A DNA stretch of 15,119 nt from an uncultured Acidobacteriota bacterium (GTDB lineage Bacteria > Acidobacteriota > UBA6911 > RPQK01 > JAPXNP01), in the NCBI GenBank assembly GCA_963777605.1, contig CAVZRV010000012.1, positions 1-15,119 on the forward strand, read 5' to 3'. The notes beneath the pieces were generated by a model. That model saw nothing but the letters and a program-made list of their open reading frames with translations, searched no databases and was not told where the DNA came from. Numbering within the stretch: the stretch's first letter is position 1; each line of letters starts with the position of its first letter. Both the position numbers and the translations under genes were made by a program. Positions 7,941 to 15,119 of this stretch are shown in pieces.

Positions 7941-9140
7941 TCATCTCGGTGTCCTTTGTGGTGGGCCGCGCAGGAGCGTCGCAGCCGAGAAGGTCTCGAC
8001 GAGAAACAGTTTCCCTTGCTTACAGAAAGGGCACATCGACGGATCGGCACCGGTCGCCGGCGCGATACCGGTGCCGGAAGATCGGCCCGCCATGGAGTCG
8101 GCCTCGACGATCGGTTGCTCCGCCAGTAGACAGCGGCAGGTCTGGAGATTCTCCGCTCGATGACGGTTGGCCAGGAATCCATAGTATCGGATGCGAACGA
8201 AGCCCCGCGGAAGAACGTGAAGAAGGAACCTGCGGATGAACTCGTGGGCGTGGAGCGTGAGGGTAGTCTTGGCTCCCCCTTTCCGGTAATCCTTCAAGCT
8301 GAAAGTGACCCGCTGATCCTGGAACCCGATCAGCCGGTGATTGGAAACGGCGATCCGGTGAGTGTAACGAGCGAGGTAGTCGAGGACGGTCTCCGGAGTG
8401 CCGAAAGGGGGCTTCGAGTACACCACCCACTCCCTCTTTCGAGCGGAATGGAGGAGTTTGCGGAATGCTCGGGGCTCGGCGATTCCCTCCAGTAGTCCGT
8501 GGAAGGAGAGGCGATCTTGCTCGAAGGCCTGCTCGAGGAGTTCCAGGAACAACCGGCGAAACAGTCGGGAGAGGACTCGGACCGGGAACAGGAACCGGGA
8601 TCGGCAAGCAACCCATCGGAGCCCGTCGGAGCTCAGGCCTCCCGCCGGGACCACGCAATGGATATGGGGATGGTGCATAAGGTTCTGGCCCCAGGTGTGG
8701 AGGATGGCCAGAAAACCAATCGAGGCCCCCAGGTGTCGGGGATCGGAAGCCATGAGCAACAGGGTTTGGGAAACGGCTTGGAACAACAGGCGGTAGACGG
8801 TGCGGGGATTTTGCAGGGCGATGGGTGCCAGAGTGTGCGGCAAGGTGAACACGACGTGGAAGTAGGGGACGGGAAGGAGTTCCTTCCGGCGGGCGTCCAG
8901 CCATGCGGCTTTGGCTGAGGACTGGCACTTCGGGCAGTGCCGATTGCGACAGGAGTTATAGGAGATCCGACGCCTGGCACAGTGCTCGCACTGTTCGACG
9001 TGGCCCCCCAGCGCCGCCGTCCGACACCGTTCAATGGCCCGCATCACACGCTGCTGCCGGCGTGACGGTCGATAGGTTTTTCGATAATCTTCGCCGTGGA
9101 GACGGAAGAGGTCGGCCAGTTCCAGAGAGGGAAAACCCAT
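7941..9140 (-). CDS. IS91-family (Y2, HUH) transposase, 399 aa
   Basis: Zinc-binding CRT...SCRNRHCPKC, HVVFTLP, HUH HPHIH, YLARY, RIRYYG and C-terminal CPFC; start coupled to the integrase stop by a TAATG overlap. Confidence 0.96.
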   Translation of the reverse strand: MGFPSLELADLFRLHGEDYRKTYRPSRRQQRVMRAIERCRTAALGGHVEQCEHCARRRISYNSCRNRHCPKCQSSAKAAWLDARRKELLPVPYFHVVFTLPHTLAPIALQNPRTVYRLLFQAVSQTLLLMASDPRHLGASIGFLAILHTWGQNLMHHPHIHCVVPAGGLSSDGLRWVACRSRFLFPVRVLSRLFRRLFLELLEQAFEQDRLSFHGLLEGIAEPRAFRKLLHSARKREWVVYSKPPFGTPETVLDYLARYTHRIAVSNHRLIGFQDQRVTFSLKDYRKGGAKTTLTLHAHEFIRRFLLHVLPRGFVRIRYYGFLANRHRAENLQTCRCLLAEQPIVEADSMAGRSSGTGIAPATGADPSMCPFCKQGKLFLVETFSAATLLRGPPQRTPR

Positions 9141-9982
9141 TAACCGTCGAGTTCAGGGAGGGCATCCAGCGGACTGGCCGTCTGCGGAATATCCTGCAGC
9201 GCCACATGGGTATAGCGCACGGTTGAGGCAAGGCTCTGGTGGCCGAGCAGAATCTGGATCTTTCTAAGGTCGGCTCCTCCCTCCAGAAGATGGGTGGCGA
9301 AACTATGACGCAAGACATGGGGGGTGACGCGCTTATTCAGACCCGAGGCCAGGGCGGCTTTGCGACATATGCCCTGGACGGTGTGTGTGGAAACAGGCCG
9401 ATCGTTCCCGCGCCCGGGAAACAGCCAGTGCGTAGGTCGAGCCGCTCGCCAGTACTGCCGAAGCAGGGAGAGAAGCTTCTCGGGGAGCATGACATAACGG
9501 TCCTTTCGCCACTTGCCTTGATCCACCCGAATCACTTTCCGCCGGCTGTCGATGTCGGAGACGCGCAATCGGGTGACCTCGGAGATGCGCAAGCCGGCCC
9601 CGTAGGCCGTCATCAGAATGGCCCGGTACTTGAGGCTGCCGACGGCTTGAAGGAACTGGAGCACTTCGTCCGGACTGAGCACCACGGGAAGCCGCTTCTC
9701 CCGGTGAGCAAGGGCGATCCGCTCGATGTTCCAGTTGCAGTTCAACGTCACCCGGTAGAGAAAGCGCAGGGCACACACCGTCACATTGATGGAGCTTGAT
9801 GAAAGCCCCCTCTGCACCAGGTGGAGTTGATAGGCGCGAATCTCCTTGGGCCCCAGTTGTTCCGGGGACTTTCCGAAGTGCTTGGCGAAGGCTGCGACCC
9901 GGTCCACGTATCGTTTGCGGGTGTGGGCGGAGAGATTACGGATTCGCATGTCCTCAAGCATGCGGCGACGCAGTGTGGTCAT
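9140..9982 (-). CDS. Tyrosine recombinase/integrase of the IS91-like element
   Basis: AAGGAGG RBS before the ATG at 9982; SAM-like N-terminus MTTLRRRMLEDMRIRNLS; catalytic GLRISE, GKWRKDR, HVLRH, LGH and RYTH intact. Confidence 0.96.
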   Translation of the reverse strand: MTTLRRRMLEDMRIRNLSAHTRKRYVDRVAAFAKHFGKSPEQLGPKEIRAYQLHLVQRGLSSSSINVTVCALRFLYRVTLNCNWNIERIALAHREKRLPVVLSPDEVLQFLQAVGSLKYRAILMTAYGAGLRISEVTRLRVSDIDSRRKVIRVDQGKWRKDRYVMLPEKLLSLLRQYWRAARPTHWLFPGRGNDRPVSTHTVQGICRKAALASGLNKRVTPHVLRHSFATHLLEGGADLRKIQILLGHQSLASTVRYTHVALQDIPQTASPLDALPELDG

Positions 9983-10201
9983 GGGGAAACCTCCTTTTGG
10001 ATAAATCTCGGACATTCGGAAGTCGAGTATTCAGGAGGTTGGGAGAACCCGCAACGAAACGGAGACAAACGCAAGGTAAGGTCTACGGCAGAACCATGAA
10101 CCTCGTCAGTCCTACCGCGAAGCGGTTTAGTTCAATTAGACTTCCCTGATTTTCGGGGGGCGTCGCAAACTCTTCTGAATGGAAAACGGGAGAGTTTTTG
10201 G

Positions 10202-11698
10202 ATGGTGACGCCGGACCGGAAAGTGAGGAAGTTGATGACGGAGTACGAGAAGACGGGGAACTTGACGAGGGCGGCGCTGCGGGCGGATGTGGATGTGAAG
10301 ACGGCACGCAAGTACGTGCGGGCCGGGAGGTTGCCGAGCCAGATGAGGGCGGACCGGGATTGGAGGACGCGGCCGGATCCGTTCGAGGCGCACTGGGAAG
10401 AGTGCGAGAGGATCCTCGAAGACGCCCCGGAGTTGGAAGCCAAGTTTCTGTTTGAGTGGCTGTGCGAACAGTACCCCGGGGAGTATGAGGAAGGGCAGGT
10501 GCGGACGTTTCAGCGACGGGTCCGACGCTGGCGAGCGCTGCGGGGACCGGCCAAAGAGACCTACTTTCCGCAGCGTCATGAGCCGGGCAGGCGGATGGCG
10601 ACGGACTGGACTCGCATGGATGAGCTGGGGATCACGATCGGCGGCGAACCCTACCCTCATCTGTTGTGCCACTGCGTGTTGACCTACTCGAACTGGCAAT
10701 GGGCGACGATCTGTCGAAGCGAGAGCCTGCTGTCGCTGCGGCGCGGGATCCAGACGGCGCTGTTCCGACTGGGTCGTGTGCCGCAGGAACACTGGACGGA
10801 CAACTCGAGTGCGGCGACCCATCGGCCGGGGGGAGACGAGGGGGAGGGGCCGCGACGTCGGTTCAACGACAACTACCTGAAACTGATGGAGCACTTCGGG
10901 ATGGAGCCCCGGACGATCCAGGTGGGCGCGCCTCACGAAAACGGGGACGTGGAATCCCTCAACGGGGCGTTGAAGCGGCGCATGCGGCAGTACCTGCTGC
11001 TGCGGGGTTCGAGCGACTTCCGCGATGTTACGGCGTACCACCGTTTTCTCGAGCGGCTGCTGGAGCGAGTCAACGACAGACGCAGTCGACGCCTGGCCGA
11101 GGAACTGGCCCGAATGCGGAAGCTGAACGCTTCGCGTCTGGCCGACTACGTGGAGTATCGCTGCCGGGTGATGAGCTGGGGGACGATCACGGTGGACCGG
11201 CGGATCTACTCGGTTCCCGGCCGTCTGATCGGGGAACGGGTGGTGGCGCGCCGCTACGAAGCGCATCTGGAAGTCTACTTCAACGGAGTCTTCCAGTTCA
11301 GGGCTCCCTGGATCTCCCGTGAAGGGGGACCTGCCATCAACTACCGTCACCTGATCGGCCGGCTGGTCCGTAAACCCGGGGCGTTTCGGAACTATCGATA
11401 CAAAAGTGCCCTGTTCCCGACCGAGACCTTCCGTTGGGCCTACGACGCCTTGTCGGCGGCGCTGAGCGAGCGAACGGCGGATCGGGAGTATCTGCAGATC
11501 CTGCATCATGCGTCCGAGACGTTGCAATCGCGCGTGGAAGCAGCGCTGAACGACTTGCGCCGCCAGGGGAGCGTCCCCCGGCTGGATCGGGTGTTGGATC
11601 TGAGCCCCCCTTCGATTCCGGCTCCACCCCGGATGCGTCCGCTCGAGGTCAATCTGGGCGAATACGATGCCTTGCTCACTGAGGGGGTGGCGGTATGA
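10202..11698 (+). CDS. istA: IS21-family transposase IstA
   Basis: N-terminal HTHs, DDE motifs ATDWT, WTDNSS, ENGDVES, C-terminal YSVP beta domain; ATGA overlap with istB. Confidence 0.96.
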   Translation: MVTPDRKVRKLMTEYEKTGNLTRAALRADVDVKTARKYVRAGRLPSQMRADRDWRTRPDPFEAHWEECERILEDAPELEAKFLFEWLCEQYPGEYEEGQVRTFQRRVRRWRALRGPAKETYFPQRHEPGRRMATDWTRMDELGITIGGEPYPHLLCHCVLTYSNWQWATICRSESLLSLRRGIQTALFRLGRVPQEHWTDNSSAATHRPGGDEGEGPRRRFNDNYLKLMEHFGMEPRTIQVGAPHENGDVESLNGALKRRMRQYLLLRGSSDFRDVTAYHRFLERLLERVNDRRSRRLAEELARMRKLNASRLADYVEYRCRVMSWGTITVDRRIYSVPGRLIGERVVARRYEAHLEVYFNGVFQFRAPWISREGGPAINYRHLIGRLVRKPGAFRNYRYKSALFPTETFRWAYDALSAALSERTADREYLQILHHASETLQSRVEAALNDLRRQGSVPRLDRVLDLSPPSIPAPPRMRPLEVNLGEYDALLTEGVAV

Positions 11699-12453
11699 GC
11701 CAGGCGGGAGGACTCGAGATGCTGCTGCGCACCCTGCATCTGCCCAGTGTCGGGCGGGAATACCAGACGGTGGCCGCCTCGGCCCAGGCCGGTGAATGGA
11801 GCTACGAACAGTACTTGCACGCCCTGATGGAACTGGAGGTGCACGAACGGCGGGAGCGCAAGATCGCGCGACTGCTGAAACGATCCCAGTTGCCGGAGGG
11901 TAAGAGTCTGGCGACGTTGGAGCAGAAACGGTTGCCGGTCAAAGTCCGCCGCCAGATCCCGGTGCTGATCGAAGGCGGGTTCGTGGAACGGGCCGAGAAT
12001 ATCCTGGCCTTTGGGCTTCCCGGTCGAGGAAAGACGCACCTGCTGTCGGCAATCGCTCGGGAACTGATCTTGGGTCCAGGCCAGACGGTCTGGTTTACCT
12101 CGACTCGGCACTTGGTGGAGAAGCTGTTGGTTGCCCGCCGCGATCTTCGGCTGGAGGAACTGCTCAAGAAGCTGGACCGCTTCGACGTGATCCTGCTCGA
12201 CGACATCGGCTACGTCCAACAGAACCGGGAAGAGATGGAGGTGCTGTTCACCTTCCTGTCCGAACGCTACGAGCGGCGGAGCCTGATGATCACGTCGAAT
12301 CTGGTCTTCAGCGAATGGGACCGGATCTTCAAGGACCCGATGACGACGGCGGCGGCCATCGATCGGTTGATCCACCATTCGATCATCCTGGAGTTGGACA
12401 ACCCCAGCTACCGGGCGGAGGCGGCGCGAAGCCGACAGAACCAGGGCAACTAA
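11695..12453 (+). CDS. istB: IS21-family helper AAA+ ATPase IstB
   Basis: Walker A GLPGRGKT, Walker B ILLDDIGY, ITSN, AAIDRLIHH, SYR. Confidence 0.97.
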   Translation: MSQAGGLEMLLRTLHLPSVGREYQTVAASAQAGEWSYEQYLHALMELEVHERRERKIARLLKRSQLPEGKSLATLEQKRLPVKVRRQIPVLIEGGFVERAENILAFGLPGRGKTHLLSAIARELILGPGQTVWFTSTRHLVEKLLVARRDLRLEELLKKLDRFDVILLDDIGYVQQNREEMEVLFTFLSERYERRSLMITSNLVFSEWDRIFKDPMTTAAAIDRLIHHSIILELDNPSYRAEAARSRQNQGN

Positions 12454-12475
12454 TCCCGGAGGCTTGGAGAGAATC

Positions 12476-12751
12476 ATGTGGTCGGAACTGAACTTGGAAG
12501 AGCTGGAACGAGAAGACAATAACTATGTTGCGGACAATCACGGCCCCGACGAGGTGGAAGCGTTGGTTTGCATGGTCCGCCTGGAGCTGTACAACCGGGG
12601 AAAGCCCTGCGGTCCTAAGGCGCTGCGCCGACGGTTGGACCAACACTACGGTATGCAACCGCTACTGTCCGAGCGCACGATCGCTCGGATTCTGGCTCGG
12701 CACGGCTTGACCGGAGGCAGAACGGGACGATACCCCGGGGAGGAGGCGTGA
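12476..12751 (+). CDS. Small HTH-like passenger protein inside IS21
   Basis: GGAGA RBS; VRLELYNRGKPCGPKALRRRL...LSERTIARILARHGL resembles IS481/IS3-type transposase HTH segments; lies inside the right IR. Confidence 0.65.
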   Translation: MWSELNLEELEREDNNYVADNHGPDEVEALVCMVRLELYNRGKPCGPKALRRRLDQHYGMQPLLSERTIARILARHGLTGGRTGRYPGEEA

Positions 12752-12753
12752 CC

Positions 12754-12818
12754 GAACGGGTTGGGGTGTTCCGCCCTTGTCCCTTTCGGTCCTGCGGGCT
12801 CCACACCCCAACCCGTTC
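12754..12818. repeat. 16-bp perfect inverted repeat near the IS21 right end
   Basis: GAACGGGTTGGGGTGT (12754-12769) / ACACCCCAACCCGTTC (12803-12818). Confidence 0.85.
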
Positions 12819-12928
12819 CAACAACCCAAAACCAACAACGATGATCAGCAATGAAACCGAAAAGAATCAGTGAACCAGGTAGGGAAGTGTAGTTGTCGTC
12901 GGCAGGGAAATGTAGTTGACGCCGGGGA

Positions 12929-13615
12929 TTGGTTGCTCATATCACTCAGGATGAGCTGATCAAACGTCTCTCAGGAACGGAATGTCACAACGGATTCGCG
13001 AACAGGTTCCTCTGGGCCATCTCCGAACGCAAGCAACTGATCCCCTTCCCGGAGGAGCCATCAAAGCAGGAAGTTGATTTGATAGTCAACGACTTGAAAG
13101 ATGCCGTTGCATTTGGGAAGACGGCCGGAAGAGTTGAGCTAGCACCTTGTGCCAAACAACTCTATGTAGCAATCTACCCAGAGCTGTCAAAAGATCGGGA
13201 AGACCGCGTCGGGCCGATCATTGCTCGTGCCGAGACGCAAGTTTTACGGATTTCTCTCATCTACGCCTTGTTGGACCAGAAACGCACGATCGGAGAAGAA
13301 CACCTTCGCGCGGCACTGGCAGTCTGGAAGTATTGTGAGGAGTCCTGCGAGTACATCTTCGGCAACTCGACGGGAGACTCCACTGCCGATCGTATTCTCA
13401 CGGGACTGCGCGACCGCCCGGACGGCATGACAAAGACGGGCATCCACAGGTTGTTCAGCAATCAGAAATCCGGGAATGAACTCGACCAAGCACTCCGGCA
13501 CCTTGAGAAACTCGGTCTTGCACGGCCGATCACTAAGACCACCGGTGGAAGAAACTCGGAAACTTGGGTAGCGGTCGATAACGAAAGAAGCGAAGAAAGC
13601 GAACAGGCAGCGTAA
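12929..13615 (+). pseudogene. 5'-truncated DUF3987/YfjI-like replication-associated protein of an integrative element
   Basis: AHITQDEL...NGFANRFLW...RISLIYALLD...HLRAALAVWKY and a C-terminal winged helix (GMTKTGIHRLF...GGRNSETW); the frame starts mid-domain at the first base after the IS21 right end. Confidence 0.75.
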
Positions 13616-13665
13616 CGACATTGGCCCGTCGTTCATGGCGGGCCTTAACCTTCAGGAGATTCAAC

Positions 13666-14025
13666 ATGAGCAACAAGAATTTCAATGGTGGTGAGATCAA
13701 TGCGTTCGATACCTCGGGAACCTCTCCCGGGATCTTCCCTGACCTCCTCGATGGTCCAATTTTCGAACTGGATCGCACCAAGCCCAAGGAGGCACTGCGG
13801 CGACCCTTCAAACCTGACATGGAGCGGATTTTCGGGGATCAGGCGATGGCCACAATCACGCAGGTCAGCAAGCGATCCGGCATCACCGCGGAGTTGCTCC
13901 GCCACCATATGTTGAAGGGAAACTTGACCGGTGTTCAACTCGAGACACCGGGCGGCTACCAGAAGGTGTTCATTTCCCGGGATTCATTCCACTTGTTCTT
14001 GAAGGGATCGCAGCCGCAGCCGTAA
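13666..14025 (+). CDS. Excisionase-like HTH DNA-binding protein
   Basis: AGGAG RBS before the ATG at 13666; C-terminal half TITQVSKRSGITAELLRHHMLKGNLTG...VFISRDSFHLFL fits an Xis/MerR-type winged helix; adjacent to the integrase. Confidence 0.65.
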   Translation: MSNKNFNGGEINAFDTSGTSPGIFPDLLDGPIFELDRTKPKEALRRPFKPDMERIFGDQAMATITQVSKRSGITAELLRHHMLKGNLTGVQLETPGGYQKVFISRDSFHLFLKGSQPQP

Positions 14026-15024
14026 GGAGATCGTCAGTCTGAGTGTGAATGTAACCTTGTGTCACCTTGATCGATTCATGGCCTGCCCACTTTTGGACAA
14101 CCGAGAGTGGCAGGCCCCATCTATTTAGGGCGTGGGAGATGAAGGTGTGACGGAACGTGTGCGACGTGACATCGTCCGCACCGGCCACTTTCTTGAGGTG
14201 ATCATTCAAGCCCTTGTCGAGCGGCCCCTTCCTCGACGTAAAGATCAGGTCCTCCTTCCTCTTCCCCTTCATCGCCGCCTCGAGGAGGGGTGCCAAGTCC
14301 GGCACGACCGGGATCATCCGGGACTTCTTCGTCTTCGGTTTCCAGCTGATCTCCTTCTCCCGGAATGCGAACGTCTTCGGCCGGATGTGAATCAGACCGT
14401 CCTTCACGTCCTTCACTTGGAGCATGGCAATTTCGCCCAGTCGCATTCCCGTATAGTAGAGGGTCATGAAAATCGGGTAGCGTGGGGTGGCCGGGTTGAG
14501 CAGGACCTCGAGTTCCTTGTCGGTGAAGATCCGACGACGGGTTCTATCACGGGCCTTGACCAGCCGGGGACACTATCCGCGGAAGCCGGGTTGGAGGGTA
14601 TCCAGCCCCTCCGTTTGCACCACGTGAAGAAGGTGCCGCAAAGAATGAGGTCCTGATCGACAGTCGACTTCTTGACAAGATTGGCCCTCAGGGCTTGAAA
14701 GTCCGACATCGTGTCTGGTGTGATGGTGCCGAGGTGAGGATCGCCACGGAGGAATGTCTGAAGGTGCTTGAGAGTGATGGTGAAGTTCTTCAGGGAGGAG
14801 GGCTCCAACCGGAGCGCAGCCTGCGCGAGGAATTTGGCGGCGGCTTCGGACAAGCGGACCAGCTTCCCCTGCTGCGCCTTCGTGTAGCTCGTCCAGTTCT
14901 GAAATCGCTTGAGAGCTTCACGGCGCGACTTGGTCTTGAGGGAGACGTATTTCCGCTTGCCAGTGTCGTCGGTGATGCTGACGTAGAAGTACCCATTCGG
15001 CCGCTCGTAGAGATCAGTTTTCAT
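13970..15024 (-). pseudogene. int: Phage-type tyrosine integrase with a 1-bp frameshift near 14566-14569
   Basis: Arm-binding and core N-terminal part (MKTDLYERPNG...NPASADSVP) joins the catalytic part (RLVKARDRTRRRIFTDKEL...TGMRLGE...KT...HTFRH...GH...GYIH) if one base is added to the G4 run. Confidence 0.9.
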
Positions 15025-15031
15025 GCGCTGC

Positions 15032-15100
15032 ACGGTATCAAGTCTGCAACAATTTTGCAACAATCTTGACTTTGGAACTGTAAGTTAATTTATTGCAACA
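15032..15100 (-). promoter_or_regulatory. Integrase promoter overlapped by TGCAACA(A) direct repeats (candidate arm-type sites)
   Basis: Minus strand TTGCAA-17 bp-(TGa)TACCGT-7 bp-ATG; + strand TGCAACAA at 15045-15052 and 15056-15063 and TGCAACA at 15094-15100; AT-rich. Confidence 0.55.
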
Positions 15101-15119
15101 CATATATGGATACGGATTC

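Larger units (their letters stand above)
7636..10136 (-). mobile_element. IS91-like element: tyrosine recombinase plus Y2/HUH transposase
   Basis: CAAT at both junctions (7632-7635, 10133-10136); its removal restores the IS21 IR; 14/15 inverted repeat at 7686-7700 / 10122-10136; subterminal hairpin 7642-7650 / 7676-7684. Confidence 0.88.
7622..12928 (+). mobile_element. IS21-family element with left IR interrupted
   Basis: Left IR reconstructs as TGCTCAGCGA-CAAT-TAGACTTCCCTG (7622-7635 + 10137-10148); the right end has tandem repeats at 12879-12900 and 12901-12928; contains istA-istB. No target duplication seen. Confidence 0.88.

Noticed and set aside
8160-9799. Plus-strand ORFs antisense to the IS91-like genes
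   Set aside because: Antisense shadows of the transposase and integrase.
10136-12519. Minus-strand 463-aa and 337-aa ORFs
   Set aside because: Antisense to istA and istB.
776-12930. TT flanks as a target duplication for a 778-12928 composite transposon
   Set aside because: Two bases is chance-level, and the left flank does not supply the missing 5' part of the DUF3987-like gene.
1-15119. CRISPR array, tRNA or rRNA
   Set aside because: No regularly spaced repeat-spacer units or recognisable tRNA/rRNA sequence seen.

Overview
GC-rich accessory region made of three nested IS pairs inserted into the edge of a degraded tyrosine-integrase island. Left to right: (1) 1-~760, a densely base-paired, apparently non-coding tract (candidate large structured RNA, possibly starting before the window); (2) an 89-bp non-autonomous IS21-type element (778-2791, inverted) interrupted by an rve/DDE IS (842-2761, 5-bp GGGCC duplication) whose transposase carries a C-terminal domain 55% identical to the IstA N-terminal DNA-binding region; (3) two truncated host genes; (4) a defective IS66 (3368-~7460; tnpA, tnpB, DUF6788-like gene, tnpC) whose tnpA is split by an intact IS3-family element (3523-5000, ACT duplication); (5) an IS21 element (7622-12928; istA, istB, small HTH passenger) whose left IR is split by a tyrosine recombinase + IS91-type Y2 transposase element (7636-10136); (6) a 5'-truncated DUF3987-like gene, an excisionase-like gene and a frameshifted integrase with repeats over its promoter. 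Top hypotheses: an IS that targets IS21 ends through a captured IstA-like domain, and an unassigned large structured RNA. All alignments and pairings were done by eye; family names are from recognition, not database searches.
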